NCBI RefSeq assembly: GCF_050920415.1
Contig: NZ_CP169309.1
Origin: Escherichia coli
Lineage (GTDB): Bacteria; Pseudomonadota; Gammaproteobacteria; Enterobacterales; Enterobacteriaceae
DNA: 64,000 nucleotides
Reading direction: 5' to 3' (one strand)
The first letter of the stretch is position 1, and each line of letters begins with the position of its first letter. A program made the position numbers and the translations under genes. This document shows, in pieces, positions 1-10,168 of this stretch. The notes under the pieces were generated by a model. It saw only the letters and a program-made list of their open reading frames with translations. It was not told the origin of the DNA and searched no databases.

Positions 1-71
1 GTCCTGACTCTACTGGCTATGTGCCGGGTAGCATGAAATAATTAGCGCCAACAATTTAGCAGGAGTTAACA

Positions 72-251
72 ATGTTTGCAGGTTTACCTTCACTCACCCA
101 TGAACAGCAGCAAAAAGCCGTCGAGCGGATCCAGGAACTGATGGCACAAGGGATGAGCAGCGGCCAGGCAATCGCGTTGGTGGCAGAAGAGCTGCGTGCC
201 AACCATTCCGGCGAGCGAATCGTGGCGCGTTTTGAGGATGAAGACGAGTAA
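72..251 (+). CDS. yoaH: UPF0181-family small protein YoaH (59 aa)
   Basis: ATG at 72 follows AGGAG (61-65). Translates [59 protein letters not shown], stop 249-251. Below the 60-aa ORF-track cutoff; matches remembered YoaH. Confidence 0.85.
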
Positions 252-309
252 CACACTAATCCGTATCGCTTTCGTTATAGAAGCCGATGGTTATTTGATT
301 GTGAGAAAA

Positions 310-342
310 AGGACGCTTTTCATATGTGATTAAAAGCGTCCT
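310..342. terminator. Bidirectional hairpin terminator between convergent yoaH and yoaC
   Basis: 11-bp inverted repeat AGGACGCTTTT (310-320) / AAAAGCGTCCT (332-342), with an A run before it and T-rich sequence inside. Confidence 0.55.
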
Positions 343-370
343 GACCCATTTATGCTGATGTAAATTTAAC

Positions 371-670
371 TTAGACCAGTGCTTTTAGTTCTTCCTGCAT
401 ATATGTTGAAAAGTATTCAGGATTTTTAATCACAATGCGTTCACCAGACTCCATTTTTTTTGCCCATCCAACCATTTTTTCCGTGAACCCCGGGTTCCAG
501 CCTTCCTGGTCAGCTCGCGCCGTAATATCAGCGGCACTCGCGGGTACTCCCAGTTCTTTCAAATATTTAAAGATTCCCTTCGCCGTGCTTTCATTCATCG
601 AACTTGGTGTTGGCGCTGATACATCCATGGCACCAATGAAATCCAGGGCTTTATCTATTACAGCAGGCAT
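371..670 (-). CDS. yoaC: DUF1889 protein YoaC (99 aa)
   Basis: The ORF runs to 730. The ATG at 670 (MPAVIDKALDF...) has AAGGA 7 nt upstream and gives the remembered 99-aa length. Confidence 0.75.
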   Translation of the reverse strand: MPAVIDKALDFIGAMDVSAPTPSSMNESTAKGIFKYLKELGVPASAADITARADQEGWNPGFTEKMVGWAKKMESGERIVIKNPEYFSTYMQEELKALV

Positions 671-1091
671 ATTCTTATCCTTAAAATTAACCATGTTATC
701 GATAAGGCTATATATGACCTTAATTTGCATCTAATATCAAAGGGATTATAACGATATGGCACGAGTTAACCTGTTGACATTCAGGTGTTTTAAAGGTAGC
801 AGCTCATGGTGTGTTATCCAGTAAGAGGGAGAAAATTAACGGTCAGTTCTCACGCTATAACCAGATTGTTCAGCTAAGAAAGAAAACCAGAGATGCTAAT
901 CGAAGGGCGAACACAACGGCATTGTTATGTTTATTTATATAGTTAGTTTTATAGCTAAAATTGAAATTATAAAAATAAATAATGAATTAGCAGGAGCATC
1001 AACAGTAATATCTTAATCTCTGGTCGATTTATGTAAAACCGACCAGTATTATCGATAAATTATCGTCTGACTTATTTTGCTTCGATAAAGC

Positions 1092-1436
1092 TTACACCGC
1101 AGCCACAATCTTAATTTCAACTTTATACTTCGGGTTCATCAAACCCGCTTGTACCGTGCAGCGCACCGGCGCATGACCCGCGACAACCCAGGCATCCCAC
1201 GCTTTATTCATCGCCGCGAAGTCGTTTTTATCAGCCAGGAAAATGGTGGCATCCAGAATGCTCGATTTATTGCTGCCCTGTTTTTCCAGCACGGCGTCAA
1301 TCTGCGCCAGCGTGTTGGCGGTTTGCTCAAAGGCATTGGCGTCAAGGTTTTCCGGCACACCCGTATAGTAGAGAGTGTTGTTGTGGATCACGACATCAGA
1401 CCAGCGGGCTTCGGCGTCGATACGAACGATAGTCAT
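1092..1436 (-). CDS. yoaB: RidA/YjgF-family protein YoaB (114 aa)
   Basis: Translation MTIVRIDAEARWSDVVIHNNTLYYTG... is RidA-like. Start trimmed from the track ORF (1484) to the second of the MM pair. Confidence 0.88.
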   Translation of the reverse strand: MTIVRIDAEARWSDVVIHNNTLYYTGVPENLDANAFEQTANTLAQIDAVLEKQGSNKSSILDATIFLADKNDFAAMNKAWDAWVVAGHAPVRCTVQAGLMNPKYKVEIKIVAAV

Positions 1437-1567
1437 CATTTTGTCCTCATTATACTTCCATTTTCGTGCTGCAAAGACTGCCACAATGTGAGGTCGCCGT
1501 CACCACTTCAACTGGCGAAAGCGCCCTCATCCTGACATAATCCCTGTTCAAATCAACAGGGGGTAGT

Positions 1568-3478
1568 GTGACGGACGATTTTGCACCAGATGGTCAGCTG
1601 GCGAAAGCAATACCAGGCTTTAAGCCGCGAGAACCACAGCGACAGATGGCGGTAGCCGTCACCCAGGCGATAGAAAAAAGCCAGCCGCTGGTGGTGGAAG
1701 CCGGAACCGGTACGGGCAAAACCTACGCTTACCTGGCCCCTGCGCTGCGGGCGAAAAAGAAAGTCATTATCTCGACCGGCTCAAAAGCGTTGCAGGATCA
1801 GCTCTACAGCCGCGATTTGCCAACGGTCTCAAAGGCGTTGAAATACACGGGCAACGTGGCGTTGCTGAAAGGGCGCTCAAACTATCTCTGCCTCGAACGA
1901 CTGGAACAGCAGGCGCTGGCGGGCGGCGATTTGCCGGTACAAATCTTAAGCGATGTGATCCTGCTGCGCTCCTGGTCCAATCAGACGGTAGATGGCGATA
2001 TCAGCACCTGCGTCAGCGTGGCGGAAGATTCGCAGGCGTGGCCGTTGGTCACCAGCACCAACGACAACTGTCTTGGCAGCGATTGCCCGATGTATAAAGA
2101 TTGCTTTGTGGTTAAAGCACGCAAAAAAGCGATGGACGCCGATGTGGTGGTGGTAAACCATCATCTGTTTCTGGCGGATATGGTGGTGAAAGAGAGTGGA
2201 TTTGGCGAACTGATCCCGGAAGCTGACGTGATGATCTTCGACGAAGCCCACCAACTGCCTGACATTGCCAGCCAGTATTTTGGTCAGTCATTCTCCAGTC
2301 GACAACTGCTCGACCTGGCAAAAGACATCACCATCGCCTACCGCACCGAATTAAAAGACACCCAGCAGTTACAAAAGTGCGCCGACCGCCTTGCCCAGAG
2401 CGCGCAGGATTTTCGCCTTCAATTAGGTGAGCCAGGTTATCGTGGCAACCTGCGCGAACTGTTAGCTAATCCGCAAATTCAGCGAGCATTTTTACTGCTC
2501 GATGACACCCTGGAACTTTGTTATGACGTGGCGAAACTGTCGCTGGGGCGTTCCGCCTTGCTGGATGCGGCATTTGAGCGCGCCACGTTGTATCGTACGC
2601 GGCTGAAACGGCTAAAAGAGATCAATCAGCCGGGCTACAGCTACTGGTACGAATGCACTTCGCGCCATTTTACTCTGGCACTCACGCCGCTCAGCGTGGC
2701 GGATAAATTCAAAGAATTAATGGCGCTAAAACCAGGTAGCTGGATCTTTACCTCAGCAACGCTGTCGGTGAATGACGATCTGCATCATTTTACCTCGCGG
2801 CTTGGCATTGAACAGGCAGAGTCGTTGCTGTTACCCAGCCCGTTTGATTACAGCCGCCAGGCGTTACTCTGTGTGCCGCGCAACCTGCCGCAAACCAATC
2901 AACCGGGCTCCGCACGGCAACTGGCGGCAATGTTGCGACCGATCATCGAAGCTAACAACGGTCGTTGTTTTATGCTTTGTACCTCGCACGCCATGATGCG
3001 CGATCTGGCCGAGCAGTTCCGCGCTACCATGACGCTTCCCGTTTTGTTGCAGGGGGAAACCAGCAAAGGGCAACTGTTGCAGCAATTTGTCAGCGCCGGT
3101 AACGCGCTGCTTGTGGCAACCAGCAGCTTCTGGGAAGGGGTGGATGTGCGTGGCGATACATTGTCATTGGTGATTATCGACAAGTTGCCGTTTACCTCAC
3201 CGGATGATCCACTATTAAAAGCGCGCATGGAAGATTGCCGTTTGCGCGGAGGCGACCCGTTCGATGAAGTACAGCTGCCGGATGCGGTCATTACTCTCAA
3301 GCAGGGGGTAGGGCGACTGATTCGCGACGCCGACGATCGAGGGGTTTTGGTGATTTGCGACAATCGGCTGGTGATGCGCCCTTACGGCGCGACGTTTCTC
3401 GCCAGTCTGCCGCCAGCGCCGCGCACCCGTGACATTGCCCGTGCGGTTCGTTTCCTTGCGATACCATCCTCCAGGTAA
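1568..3478 (+). CDS. yoaA: DinG/XPD-family ATP-dependent DNA helicase YoaA
   Basis: GTG start. Has Walker A AGTGTGKT, DEAH box IFDEAHQL and a Cys cluster (CLERL...STC...NCLGSDCPMYKDC) typical of Fe-S helicases. 636 aa. Confidence 0.95.
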   Translation: MTDDFAPDGQLAKAIPGFKPREPQRQMAVAVTQAIEKSQPLVVEAGTGTGKTYAYLAPALRAKKKVIISTGSKALQDQLYSRDLPTVSKALKYTGNVALLKGRSNYLCLERLEQQALAGGDLPVQILSDVILLRSWSNQTVDGDISTCVSVAEDSQAWPLVTSTNDNCLGSDCPMYKDCFVVKARKKAMDADVVVVNHHLFLADMVVKESGFGELIPEADVMIFDEAHQLPDIASQYFGQSFSSRQLLDLAKDITIAYRTELKDTQQLQKCADRLAQSAQDFRLQLGEPGYRGNLRELLANPQIQRAFLLLDDTLELCYDVAKLSLGRSALLDAAFERATLYRTRLKRLKEINQPGYSYWYECTSRHFTLALTPLSVADKFKELMALKPGSWIFTSATLSVNDDLHHFTSRLGIEQAESLLLPSPFDYSRQALLCVPRNLPQTNQPGSARQLAAMLRPIIEANNGRCFMLCTSHAMMRDLAEQFRATMTLPVLLQGETSKGQLLQQFVSAGNALLVATSSFWEGVDVRGDTLSLVIIDKLPFTSPDDPLLKARMEDCRLRGGDPFDEVQLPDAVITLKQGVGRLIRDADDRGVLVICDNRLVMRPYGATFLASLPPAPRTRDIARAVRFLAIPSSR

Positions 3479-3535
3479 TTTGTGATGGAGTATGGTATGA
3501 TGCGCGCCTTTTTATTGATCTAAGCACGAAGACCC

Positions 3536-4231
3536 ATGCGAATTCTGGCTATCGATACCGCGACAGAGGCCTGCTCTGTCGCCCTGTGGAACGACGGTAC
3601 TGTCAACGCTCATTTTGAGCTTTGCCCTCGTGAACATACTCAACGAATCTTACCGATGGTGCAGGATATCCTGACCACCAGCGGAACTTCCCTGACGGAC
3701 ATAAATGCTCTGGCTTACGGGCGCGGCCCCGGTAGCTTTACCGGCGTGCGCATTGGTATTGGCATTGCGCAAGGGCTGGCGCTTGGCGCGGAATTACCGA
3801 TGATTGGCGTCTCCACGCTAATGACGATGGCGCAAGGGGCGTGGCGCAAAAACGGCGCAACCCGCGTGCTGGCAGCCATTGACGCGCGAATGGGCGAAGT
3901 TTACTGGGCCGAATATCAGCGTGATGAAAATGGTATCTGGCACGGTGAAGAAACCGAAGCCGTACTCAAACCTGAACTCGTTCATGAACGGATGCAACAG
4001 CTTTCCGGCGAATGGGTGACGGTAGGGACGGGCTGGCAAGCCTGGCCGGATCTCGGTAAAGAGAACGGTTTGGCCCTGCGCGATGGCGAAGTGTTACTGC
4101 CCGCTGCAGAAGATATGCTGCCGATTGCTTGTCAGATGTTTGCCGAGGGTAAAACGGTGGCGGTGGAACATGCCGAACCGGTTTATTTACGTAACAACGT
4201 CGCATGGAAGAAACTTCCGGGCAAAGAATGA
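3536..4231 (+). CDS. tsaB: tRNA t6A37 threonylcarbamoyl-transfer protein TsaB (YeaZ)
   Basis: [16 protein letters not shown]-terminus and [11 protein letters not shown] motif. 231 aa. Confidence 0.95.
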   Translation: MRILAIDTATEACSVALWNDGTVNAHFELCPREHTQRILPMVQDILTTSGTSLTDINALAYGRGPGSFTGVRIGIGIAQGLALGAELPMIGVSTLMTMAQGAWRKNGATRVLAAIDARMGEVYWAEYQRDENGIWHGEETEAVLKPELVHERMQQLSGEWVTVGTGWQAWPDLGKENGLALRDGEVLLPAAEDMLPIACQMFAEGKTVAVEHAEPVYLRNNVAWKKLPGKE

Positions 4232-4269
4232 ATCTTAAGAGTATGCCCTGAGAAAAAAGGAGTCGCATC

Positions 4270-4851
4270 ATGGCGGTTCAAAAGAATGTTATCAAAGGCA
4301 TACTGGCAGGTACGTTTGCGCTAATGCTGAGCGGTTGTGTTACTGTGCCGGATGCCATTAAAGGCAGCAGTCCCACGCCGCAACAAGATTTAGTTCGGGT
4401 GATGAGTGCGCCGCAGCTGTACGTTGGTCAGGAGGCACGCTTTGGCGGCAAAGTGGTTGCGGTACAAAACCAGCAAGGGAAAACCCGCCTGGAAATTGCT
4501 ACCGTACCGCTCGACAGCGGAGCCAGACCAACTTTGGGAGAACCTTCTCGCGGTCGCATTTATGCCGATGTGAACGGTTTTCTGGATCCGGTAGATTTTC
4601 GTGGACAATTGGTCACGGTAGTTGGACCAATCACCGGTGCGGTTGACGGCAAAATCGGCAACACGCCCTATAAATTTATGGTGATGCAGGTAACGGGTTA
4701 CAAACGTTGGCATTTAACCCAGCAGGTGATTATGCCGCCTCAGCCGATTGATCCATGGTTTTATGGCGGTCGTGGCTGGCCCTATGGCTACGGTGGATGG
4801 GGCTGGTATAATCCCGGCCCCGCGAGAGTACAAACTGTTGTAACTGAATAA
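4270..4851 (+). CDS. yeaY: Slp-family outer-membrane lipoprotein YeaY
   Basis: Signal peptide with lipobox LMLSGC, Slp-like body and a Gly/Trp/Tyr-rich C-terminal tail. 193 aa. Confidence 0.9.
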
Positions 4852-4872
4852 TTGCTTGTTTTTAAAGAAAAA

Positions 4873-4897
4873 GAAACAGCGGCTGGTCCGCTGTTTC
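4873..4897 (+). terminator. Hairpin downstream of yeaY (probable terminator)
   Basis: Perfect 10-bp stem GAAACAGCGG (4873-4882) / CCGCTGTTTC (4888-4897) with a 5-nt loop, 22 nt after the yeaY stop. The U tract is only moderate. Confidence 0.5.
4881..4897 (+). promoter_or_regulatory. FadR operator (distal) of fadD
   Basis: GGCTGGTCCGCTGTTTC fits the FadR consensus ANCTGGTCNGACNTGTT and matches the remembered distal fadD operator. Confidence 0.7.
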
Positions 4898-4966
4898 TGC
4901 ATTCTTACGGTAAAGATAAAAATAAATAGTGACGCGCTTCGCAACCTTTTCGTTGGGTAATCATCA

Positions 4967-4983
4967 AGCTGGTATGATGAGTT
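4967..4983 (+). promoter_or_regulatory. FadR operator (proximal) overlapping the fadD -10
   Basis: AGCTGGTATGATGAGTT fits the FadR consensus and contains TATGAT (4973-4978) as the likely -10. Confidence 0.7.
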
Positions 4984-5055
4984 AATATTATGTTAACGGC
5001 ATGTATATCATTTGGGGTTGCGATGACGACGAACACGCATTTTAGAGGTGAAGAA

Positions 5056-6741
5056 TTGAAGAAGGTTTGGCTTAACCGTTATCCCGCGGACGTTCCGACG
5101 GAGATCAACCCTGACCGTTATCAATCTCTGGTAGATATGTTTGAGCAGTCGGTCGCGCGCTACGCCGATCAACCCGCGTTTGTGAATATGGGGGAGGTGA
5201 TGACCTTCCGCAAACTGGAAGAACGCAGTCGCGCGTTTGCCGCTTATTTGCAACAAGGGTTGGGACTGAAGAAAGGCGATCGCGTTGCGTTGATGATGCC
5301 TAATTTATTGCAATATCCGGTGGCGCTGTTTGGCATTTTGCGTGCCGGGATGATTGTCGTAAACGTTAACCCGTTGTATACCCCGCGTGAACTTGAGCAT
5401 CAGCTTAACGATAGCGGCGCATCGGCGATTGTTATCGTGTCTAACTTTGCCCACACTCTGGAAAAAGTGGTTGATAAAACCGCCGTTCAGCACGTAATTC
5501 TGACCCGTATGGGCGATCAGCTATCTACGGCAAAAGGCACGGTAGTCAATTTCGTTGTTAAATACATCAAGCGTCTGGTGCCGAAATACCATCTGCCAGA
5601 TGCCATCTCATTTCGTAGCGCCCTGCACAACGGCTACCGGATGCAGTACGTCAAACCCGAACTGGTGCCGGAAGATTTAGCTTTCCTGCAATACACCGGC
5701 GGTACCACTGGTGTGGCGAAAGGCGCGATGCTGACTCACCGCAATATGCTGGCGAACCTGGAACAGGTTAACGCGACTTATGGGCCGCTGTTGCATCCGG
5801 GCAAAGAGCTGGTGGTGACGGCGCTGCCGCTGTATCACATTTTTGCACTGACCATTAACTGCCTGCTGTTTATTGAACTGGGTGGGCAGAACTTGCTTAT
5901 CACTAACCCGCGCGATATTCCGGGGTTGGTAAAAGAGTTAGCGAAATATCCGTTTACCGCGATAACCGGCGTTAACACCTTGTTCAATGCGTTGCTGAAC
6001 AATAAAGAGTTCCAGCAGCTGGATTTCTCCAGTCTGCATCTTTCTGCAGGCGGTGGTATGCCTGTTCAACAAGTGGTGGCTGAACGTTGGGTGAAACTGA
6101 CCGGACAGTATCTGCTGGAAGGTTATGGCCTGACCGAGTGTGCGCCGCTGGTCAGCGTTAACCCGTATGATATTGATTATCATAGTGGTAGCATCGGTTT
6201 GCCGGTGCCGTCGACGGAAGCCAAACTGGTGGATGATGATGATAACGAAGTACCACCGGGTCAACCGGGTGAGCTTTGTGTCAAAGGACCGCAGGTGATG
6301 CTGGGCTACTGGCAGCGTCCGGATGCCACTGATGAAATCATCAAAAACGGTTGGCTACACACTGGCGACATTGCCGTAATGGACGAAGAAGGTTTCTTAC
6401 GCATCGTTGATCGCAAAAAAGACATGATTCTGGTTTCCGGTTTTAACGTCTATCCCAACGAGATTGAAGATGTCGTCATGCAGCATCCTGGCGTACAGGA
6501 AGTCGCGGCTGTTGGCGTACCTTCCGGCTCAAGTGGTGAAGCGGTGAAAATCTTCGTTGTGAAAAAAGATCCATCGCTTACCGAAGAGTCACTGGTGACT
6601 TTTTGCCGCCGTCAGCTCACGGGCTACAAAGTACCGAAGCTGGTGGAGTTTCGTGATGAGTTACCGAAATCTAACGTCGGAAAAATTTTGCGACGAGAAT
6701 TACGTGACGAAGCGCGCGGCAAAGTGGACAATAAAGCCTGA
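5056..6741 (+). CDS. fadD: Long-chain fatty acyl-CoA synthetase FadD (561 aa)
   Basis: TTG start at 5056 ([13 protein letters not shown]...) gives the known 561 aa. AMP-binding motifs [18 protein letters not shown] and GYGLTE are present. The track ORF begins 22 codons too early. Confidence 0.95.
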
Positions 6742-6760
6742 GCGTTAAGTCAGTCGTCAG

Positions 6761-6786
6761 ACGCCGGTTAATCCGGCGTTTTTTTT
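6761..6786 (+). terminator. Rho-independent terminator of fadD
   Basis: ACGCCGG-TTAAT-CCGGCGT hairpin followed by T8. Confidence 0.85.
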
Positions 6787-6810
6787 GACGCCCACTAAAG
6801 AGAATACAAT

Positions 6811-7938
6811 TTGAATTACCAAATGATTACCACGGACGATGCGCTGGCTTCTTTGTGTGAAGCTGTCCGTGCCTTTCCGGCGATAGCCCTGGATACTGAA
6901 TTTGTTCGTACGCGCACCTATTACCCGCAGCTGGGTCTAATTCAACTTTTCGATGGCGAGCATCTGGCGCTAATTGATCCTCTCGTGATCACCGACTGGT
7001 CACCGCTGAAAGCGATCCTGCGCGATCCGTCCATCACAAAATTTCTCCATGCAGGCAGTGAAGATCTGGAAGTGTTCCTCAATGTCTTTGGCGAATTACC
7101 ACAACCCCTGATTGACACGCAAATCCTTGCTGCCTTCTGCGGACGCCCGATGTCATGGGGTTTTGCTTCCATGGTGGAAGAGTATTCCGGCGTTACGCTG
7201 GACAAGAGTGAATCGCGCACCGACTGGCTGGCCAGACCGCTGACTGAACGTCAGTGTGAATACGCAGCGGCGGATGTCTGGTATCTGTTACCGATCACCG
7301 CAAAGCTTATGGTAGAAACGGAGGCCTCCGGCTGGCTACCTGCGGCGCTGGATGAATGCCGCCTGATGCAAATGCGTCGTCAGGAAGTCGTTGCGCCGGA
7401 AGATGCCTGGCGTGATATCACCAATGCCTGGCAGTTACGCACACGCCAACTGGCCTGTCTGCAACTGTTAGCCGATTGGCGACTGCGTAAGGCGCGGGAG
7501 CGCGATCTGGCGGTGAACTTTGTCGTGCGTGAAGAGCATTTGTGGTCGGTAGCGCGTTATATGCCGGGAAGTTTAGGCGAACTGGACAGCCTGGGCTTAT
7601 CCGGTAGCGAAATCCGCTTTCACGGTAAAACGCTGCTGGCGCTGGTGGAAAAAGCGCAGACATTGCCGGAAGAGGCCTTACCGCAGCCGATGCTTAACCT
7701 GATGGACATGCCGGGTTATCGTAAAGCGTTTAAAGCGATTAAGTCGCTGATTACTGACGTGAGCGAAACACACAAGATCAGCGTCGAATTGCTGGCATCG
7801 CGTCGGCAAATCAACCAGCTGCTGAACTGGCACTGGAAACTGAAACCGCAGAACAATTTGCCGGAGCTGATTTCCGGCTGGCGTGGTGAGCTGATGGCGG
7901 AAGCATTACACAATTTATTGCAGGAATATCCACAGTAA
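6811..7938 (+). CDS. rnd: Ribonuclease D
   Basis: TTG start (a known feature of rnd). Has a DEDD exonuclease motif (ALDTEF) and an HRDC-type C-terminus. 375 aa. Confidence 0.95.
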   Translation: MNYQMITTDDALASLCEAVRAFPAIALDTEFVRTRTYYPQLGLIQLFDGEHLALIDPLVITDWSPLKAILRDPSITKFLHAGSEDLEVFLNVFGELPQPLIDTQILAAFCGRPMSWGFASMVEEYSGVTLDKSESRTDWLARPLTERQCEYAAADVWYLLPITAKLMVETEASGWLPAALDECRLMQMRRQEVVAPEDAWRDITNAWQLRTRQLACLQLLADWRLRKARERDLAVNFVVREEHLWSVARYMPGSLGELDSLGLSGSEIRFHGKTLLALVEKAQTLPEEALPQPMLNLMDMPGYRKAFKAIKSLITDVSETHKISVELLASRRQINQLLNWHWKLKPQNNLPELISGWRGELMAEALHNLLQEYPQ

Positions 7939-7944
7939 AATCTT

Positions 7945-7987
7945 CCGAAGCCGGACTGGGCGCGCTCAGCGCCACATCCGGCTTCGG
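7945..7987. repeat. REP-like palindromic hairpin between convergent rnd and yeaX
   Basis: 11-bp arms CCGAAGCCGGA (7945-7955) / TCCGGCTTCGG (7977-7987) with a GC-rich loop. Probably a bidirectional terminator or REP unit. Confidence 0.6.
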
Positions 7988-7991
7988 CAAA

Positions 7992-8957
7992 CTACAAATC
8001 CAACACCAGGCGTTTACCCTTCGCGCGTGAACAACAGATCAACATACTTTGCTGGCTGGCACGCTCTTCATCGCTAAAATACTGATCCCGATGGTCAGCT
8101 TCACCTTCCAGTATTGCCGTTTCGCAGGTTCCGCATACCCCTTCACGACATAAACATTCCACTTTCGCTGCTTTATTATTTTCAATAACCTGCAAAATAG
8201 TCATCTCTTCCGGCACCACAAACTCTTTACCGGAACGGGCAAGCACCAGCGTAAATGCATCGCCGGTTTTGTCTTCGATAGCAAATTGCTCAAAGTGCAG
8301 CGTATCGGTGACGATGTCCAGACGCCCAGCTTCACTTCTTACCGCCTCATTTAGCGCCTCGGGGCCACAGGTATAAACATGTGTGCCAGGTTCGATATCC
8401 GCCAATAATCGCGCTAATTCCAGTCGTGTTCCGGTTGATGAATGATGCAAATGGACTTTCTCGGCCTGCGGATGCTGGACTAGCTCATCACGAAATGCGC
8501 AACTTTCTGGATTTCGCGAGCAGTAATGTAACTGCCAGTCGACGTCGCTGTATTGCAACTCTGCCATGTGCGACAGGAAAGGGGTGATACCAATACCGCC
8601 CGCGATAAACAGATGCTTTCTGGCCGAGGGAATTAGCGCAAACAGGTTATTCGGCGTTGAAATCGTTAACCGATCGCCAGCCTTCACTTTCTGATGTAAA
8701 AAACGCGAACCACCGCGCGAATTTTCTTCCAGTCGAACGGCAATCTGATAACGAGACGTATCGAGTGGCGAACTCAGCAGTGAGTACGCATTGCTGTACT
8801 GGTTATCACCATCGGCCATCTGCACAATGATGTGACTTCCGCCGTTGAACGCAGGCAGCGGTTTGCCCTCAGTTGCCACCAGCGTGAAGCGTTTCACCTG
8901 TTCGGTAAGCGGTTCAACCTGGCTCACCTGTACTTCAAACATTTGGTAGTTTGACAT
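7992..8957 (-). CDS. yeaX: Carnitine monooxygenase reductase subunit YeaX
   Basis: FNR-like flavin/NAD domains plus a C-terminal plant-type 2Fe-2S motif CREGVCGTCET. 321 aa. Confidence 0.92.
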   Translation of the reverse strand: MSNYQMFEVQVSQVEPLTEQVKRFTLVATEGKPLPAFNGGSHIIVQMADGDNQYSNAYSLLSSPLDTSRYQIAVRLEENSRGGSRFLHQKVKAGDRLTISTPNNLFALIPSARKHLFIAGGIGITPFLSHMAELQYSDVDWQLHYCSRNPESCAFRDELVQHPQAEKVHLHHSSTGTRLELARLLADIEPGTHVYTCGPEALNEAVRSEAGRLDIVTDTLHFEQFAIEDKTGDAFTLVLARSGKEFVVPEEMTILQVIENNKAAKVECLCREGVCGTCETAILEGEADHRDQYFSDEERASQQSMLICCSRAKGKRLVLDL

Positions 8958-9012
8958 TGCTGTACTCCATCAAAAATCAGCCCGGCGGCGGAAAATACCG
9001 CCGCCGATGTCA

Positions 9013-10137
9013 TTAGTCCTTAAACACCTGCGCCAGCAGATTATGGAAATGGGCGATACCGTGTTCGGAAATTCCGCTACCGCTACTGTCGGCCATGATG
9101 CGCCCCTGACCACGATAGCCACGCGATTTCAGCCCTTTCTGTACGCTTTCAACCAGACGTAAATCTTCCGGACGGAACACGTCGCGATACCACTCAATCA
9201 GTGATTTTTGCTCGTCGGTTAACTCTTCATTGGTGAAGTAAATATCGTAGTTTTGCAGGGTAGTTTCAGAATCCACCGGGAATTCATAAATGACCGTCAT
9301 CATCCCTTTGATAGGCGTAACGTTCAGCATTGTGCACGGCCACAGCCAGAAACCGTGGAATGCCGCATCCGTACCCTCTTCAAATTTGAAAGACTGTTCG
9401 GACGGTTTGGCGAAACCGTATTGCAGCGTCCAGTTACCGTGCATGGTGTGCCAGTAACGATCAACCTGAACGGAGTCGGAGAAACCTGGATGCACCGGAC
9501 CACAGTGATAGCACTCGAGATAGTTATCGACAATGTTCTTCCAGTTGGCAGGCGTGCGGGTGGTAAAACGGGCCGCCAGTTTCAGGTCATGGACTTCCGG
9601 GCAGGCTTCCAGCACTTTCTCTCCCAGACCGGGTAACTGATCTTCTACGCTGGTGGCGTTGGGGTCCATGTTGATGAAGACGAATCCGGCATATTCTTCC
9701 AGACGCACCGGAACCAGTTGCGCTTTGTCACTATCGAAATTGGCGACGTTTTCGCAGTTACGCGCATGGGCCAGGTTGCCATCGAGTTTGAATGCCCAGG
9801 CGTGATACGGACAGGTAATTACATTTTTCGCTTTCCCTTCGCCGCTCAATAACTGATGACCACGGTGTGGACAAACGTTATAGAACGCGCGCAAAACCTT
9901 ATCACGACCGCGTACCAGCACGATGCTTTCACCAATGATCTCACGGGTCACGTAATCATTGGCATTCGCCAGTTCGCTGCTGTGAGCGACACAAATCCAG
10001 CTTTTGGCGAAGACGTTCTCTTTTTCGTGTTCAAAGGCATTCTGATCAGTATAAAAACGGGCAGGAATGGTCCACGCCTCTTGCGGGTTAGCGCAAAAAT
10101 TTTCGGGTAGTACAAAGTCAGGGCTCAGATTGCTCAT
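9013..10137 (-). CDS. yeaW: Carnitine monooxygenase Rieske oxygenase subunit YeaW (374 aa)
   Basis: Rieske motif CPHRGH...CPYHAW. Start trimmed to MSNLSPDFVLPENF (track ORF is 40 codons longer). Confidence 0.92.
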   Translation of the reverse strand: MSNLSPDFVLPENFCANPQEAWTIPARFYTDQNAFEHEKENVFAKSWICVAHSSELANANDYVTREIIGESIVLVRGRDKVLRAFYNVCPHRGHQLLSGEGKAKNVITCPYHAWAFKLDGNLAHARNCENVANFDSDKAQLVPVRLEEYAGFVFINMDPNATSVEDQLPGLGEKVLEACPEVHDLKLAARFTTRTPANWKNIVDNYLECYHCGPVHPGFSDSVQVDRYWHTMHGNWTLQYGFAKPSEQSFKFEEGTDAAFHGFWLWPCTMLNVTPIKGMMTVIYEFPVDSETTLQNYDIYFTNEELTDEQKSLIEWYRDVFRPEDLRLVESVQKGLKSRGYRGQGRIMADSSGSGISEHGIAHFHNLLAQVFKD

Positions 10138-10168
10138 AGGGATACCTTTATCGTTAGGATGATGGCGT

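Noticed and set aside
756-824. 22-codon ORF (MARVNLLTFRCFKGSSSWCVIQ) in the yoaB-yoaC spacer
   Set aside because: The Shine-Dalgarno-like AAGGGA is about 12 nt from the ATG. The peptide is not hydrophobic and has no other recognisable character, and there is no supporting evidence. It is most likely chance.
4990-5055. N-terminal extensions in the ORF track (fadD and many others: yoaB, yeaW, dmlR, dgcP, yeaO, dgcJ, yeaD, gapA, msrB, yeaC, ydjH, pncA, sppA, ydjA, selD, topB, ynjC/D/E/F, xthA)
   Set aside because: The longest-ORF starts add residues absent from the known proteins. Internal starts with better ribosome-binding context reproduce the remembered lengths, so the features were trimmed.
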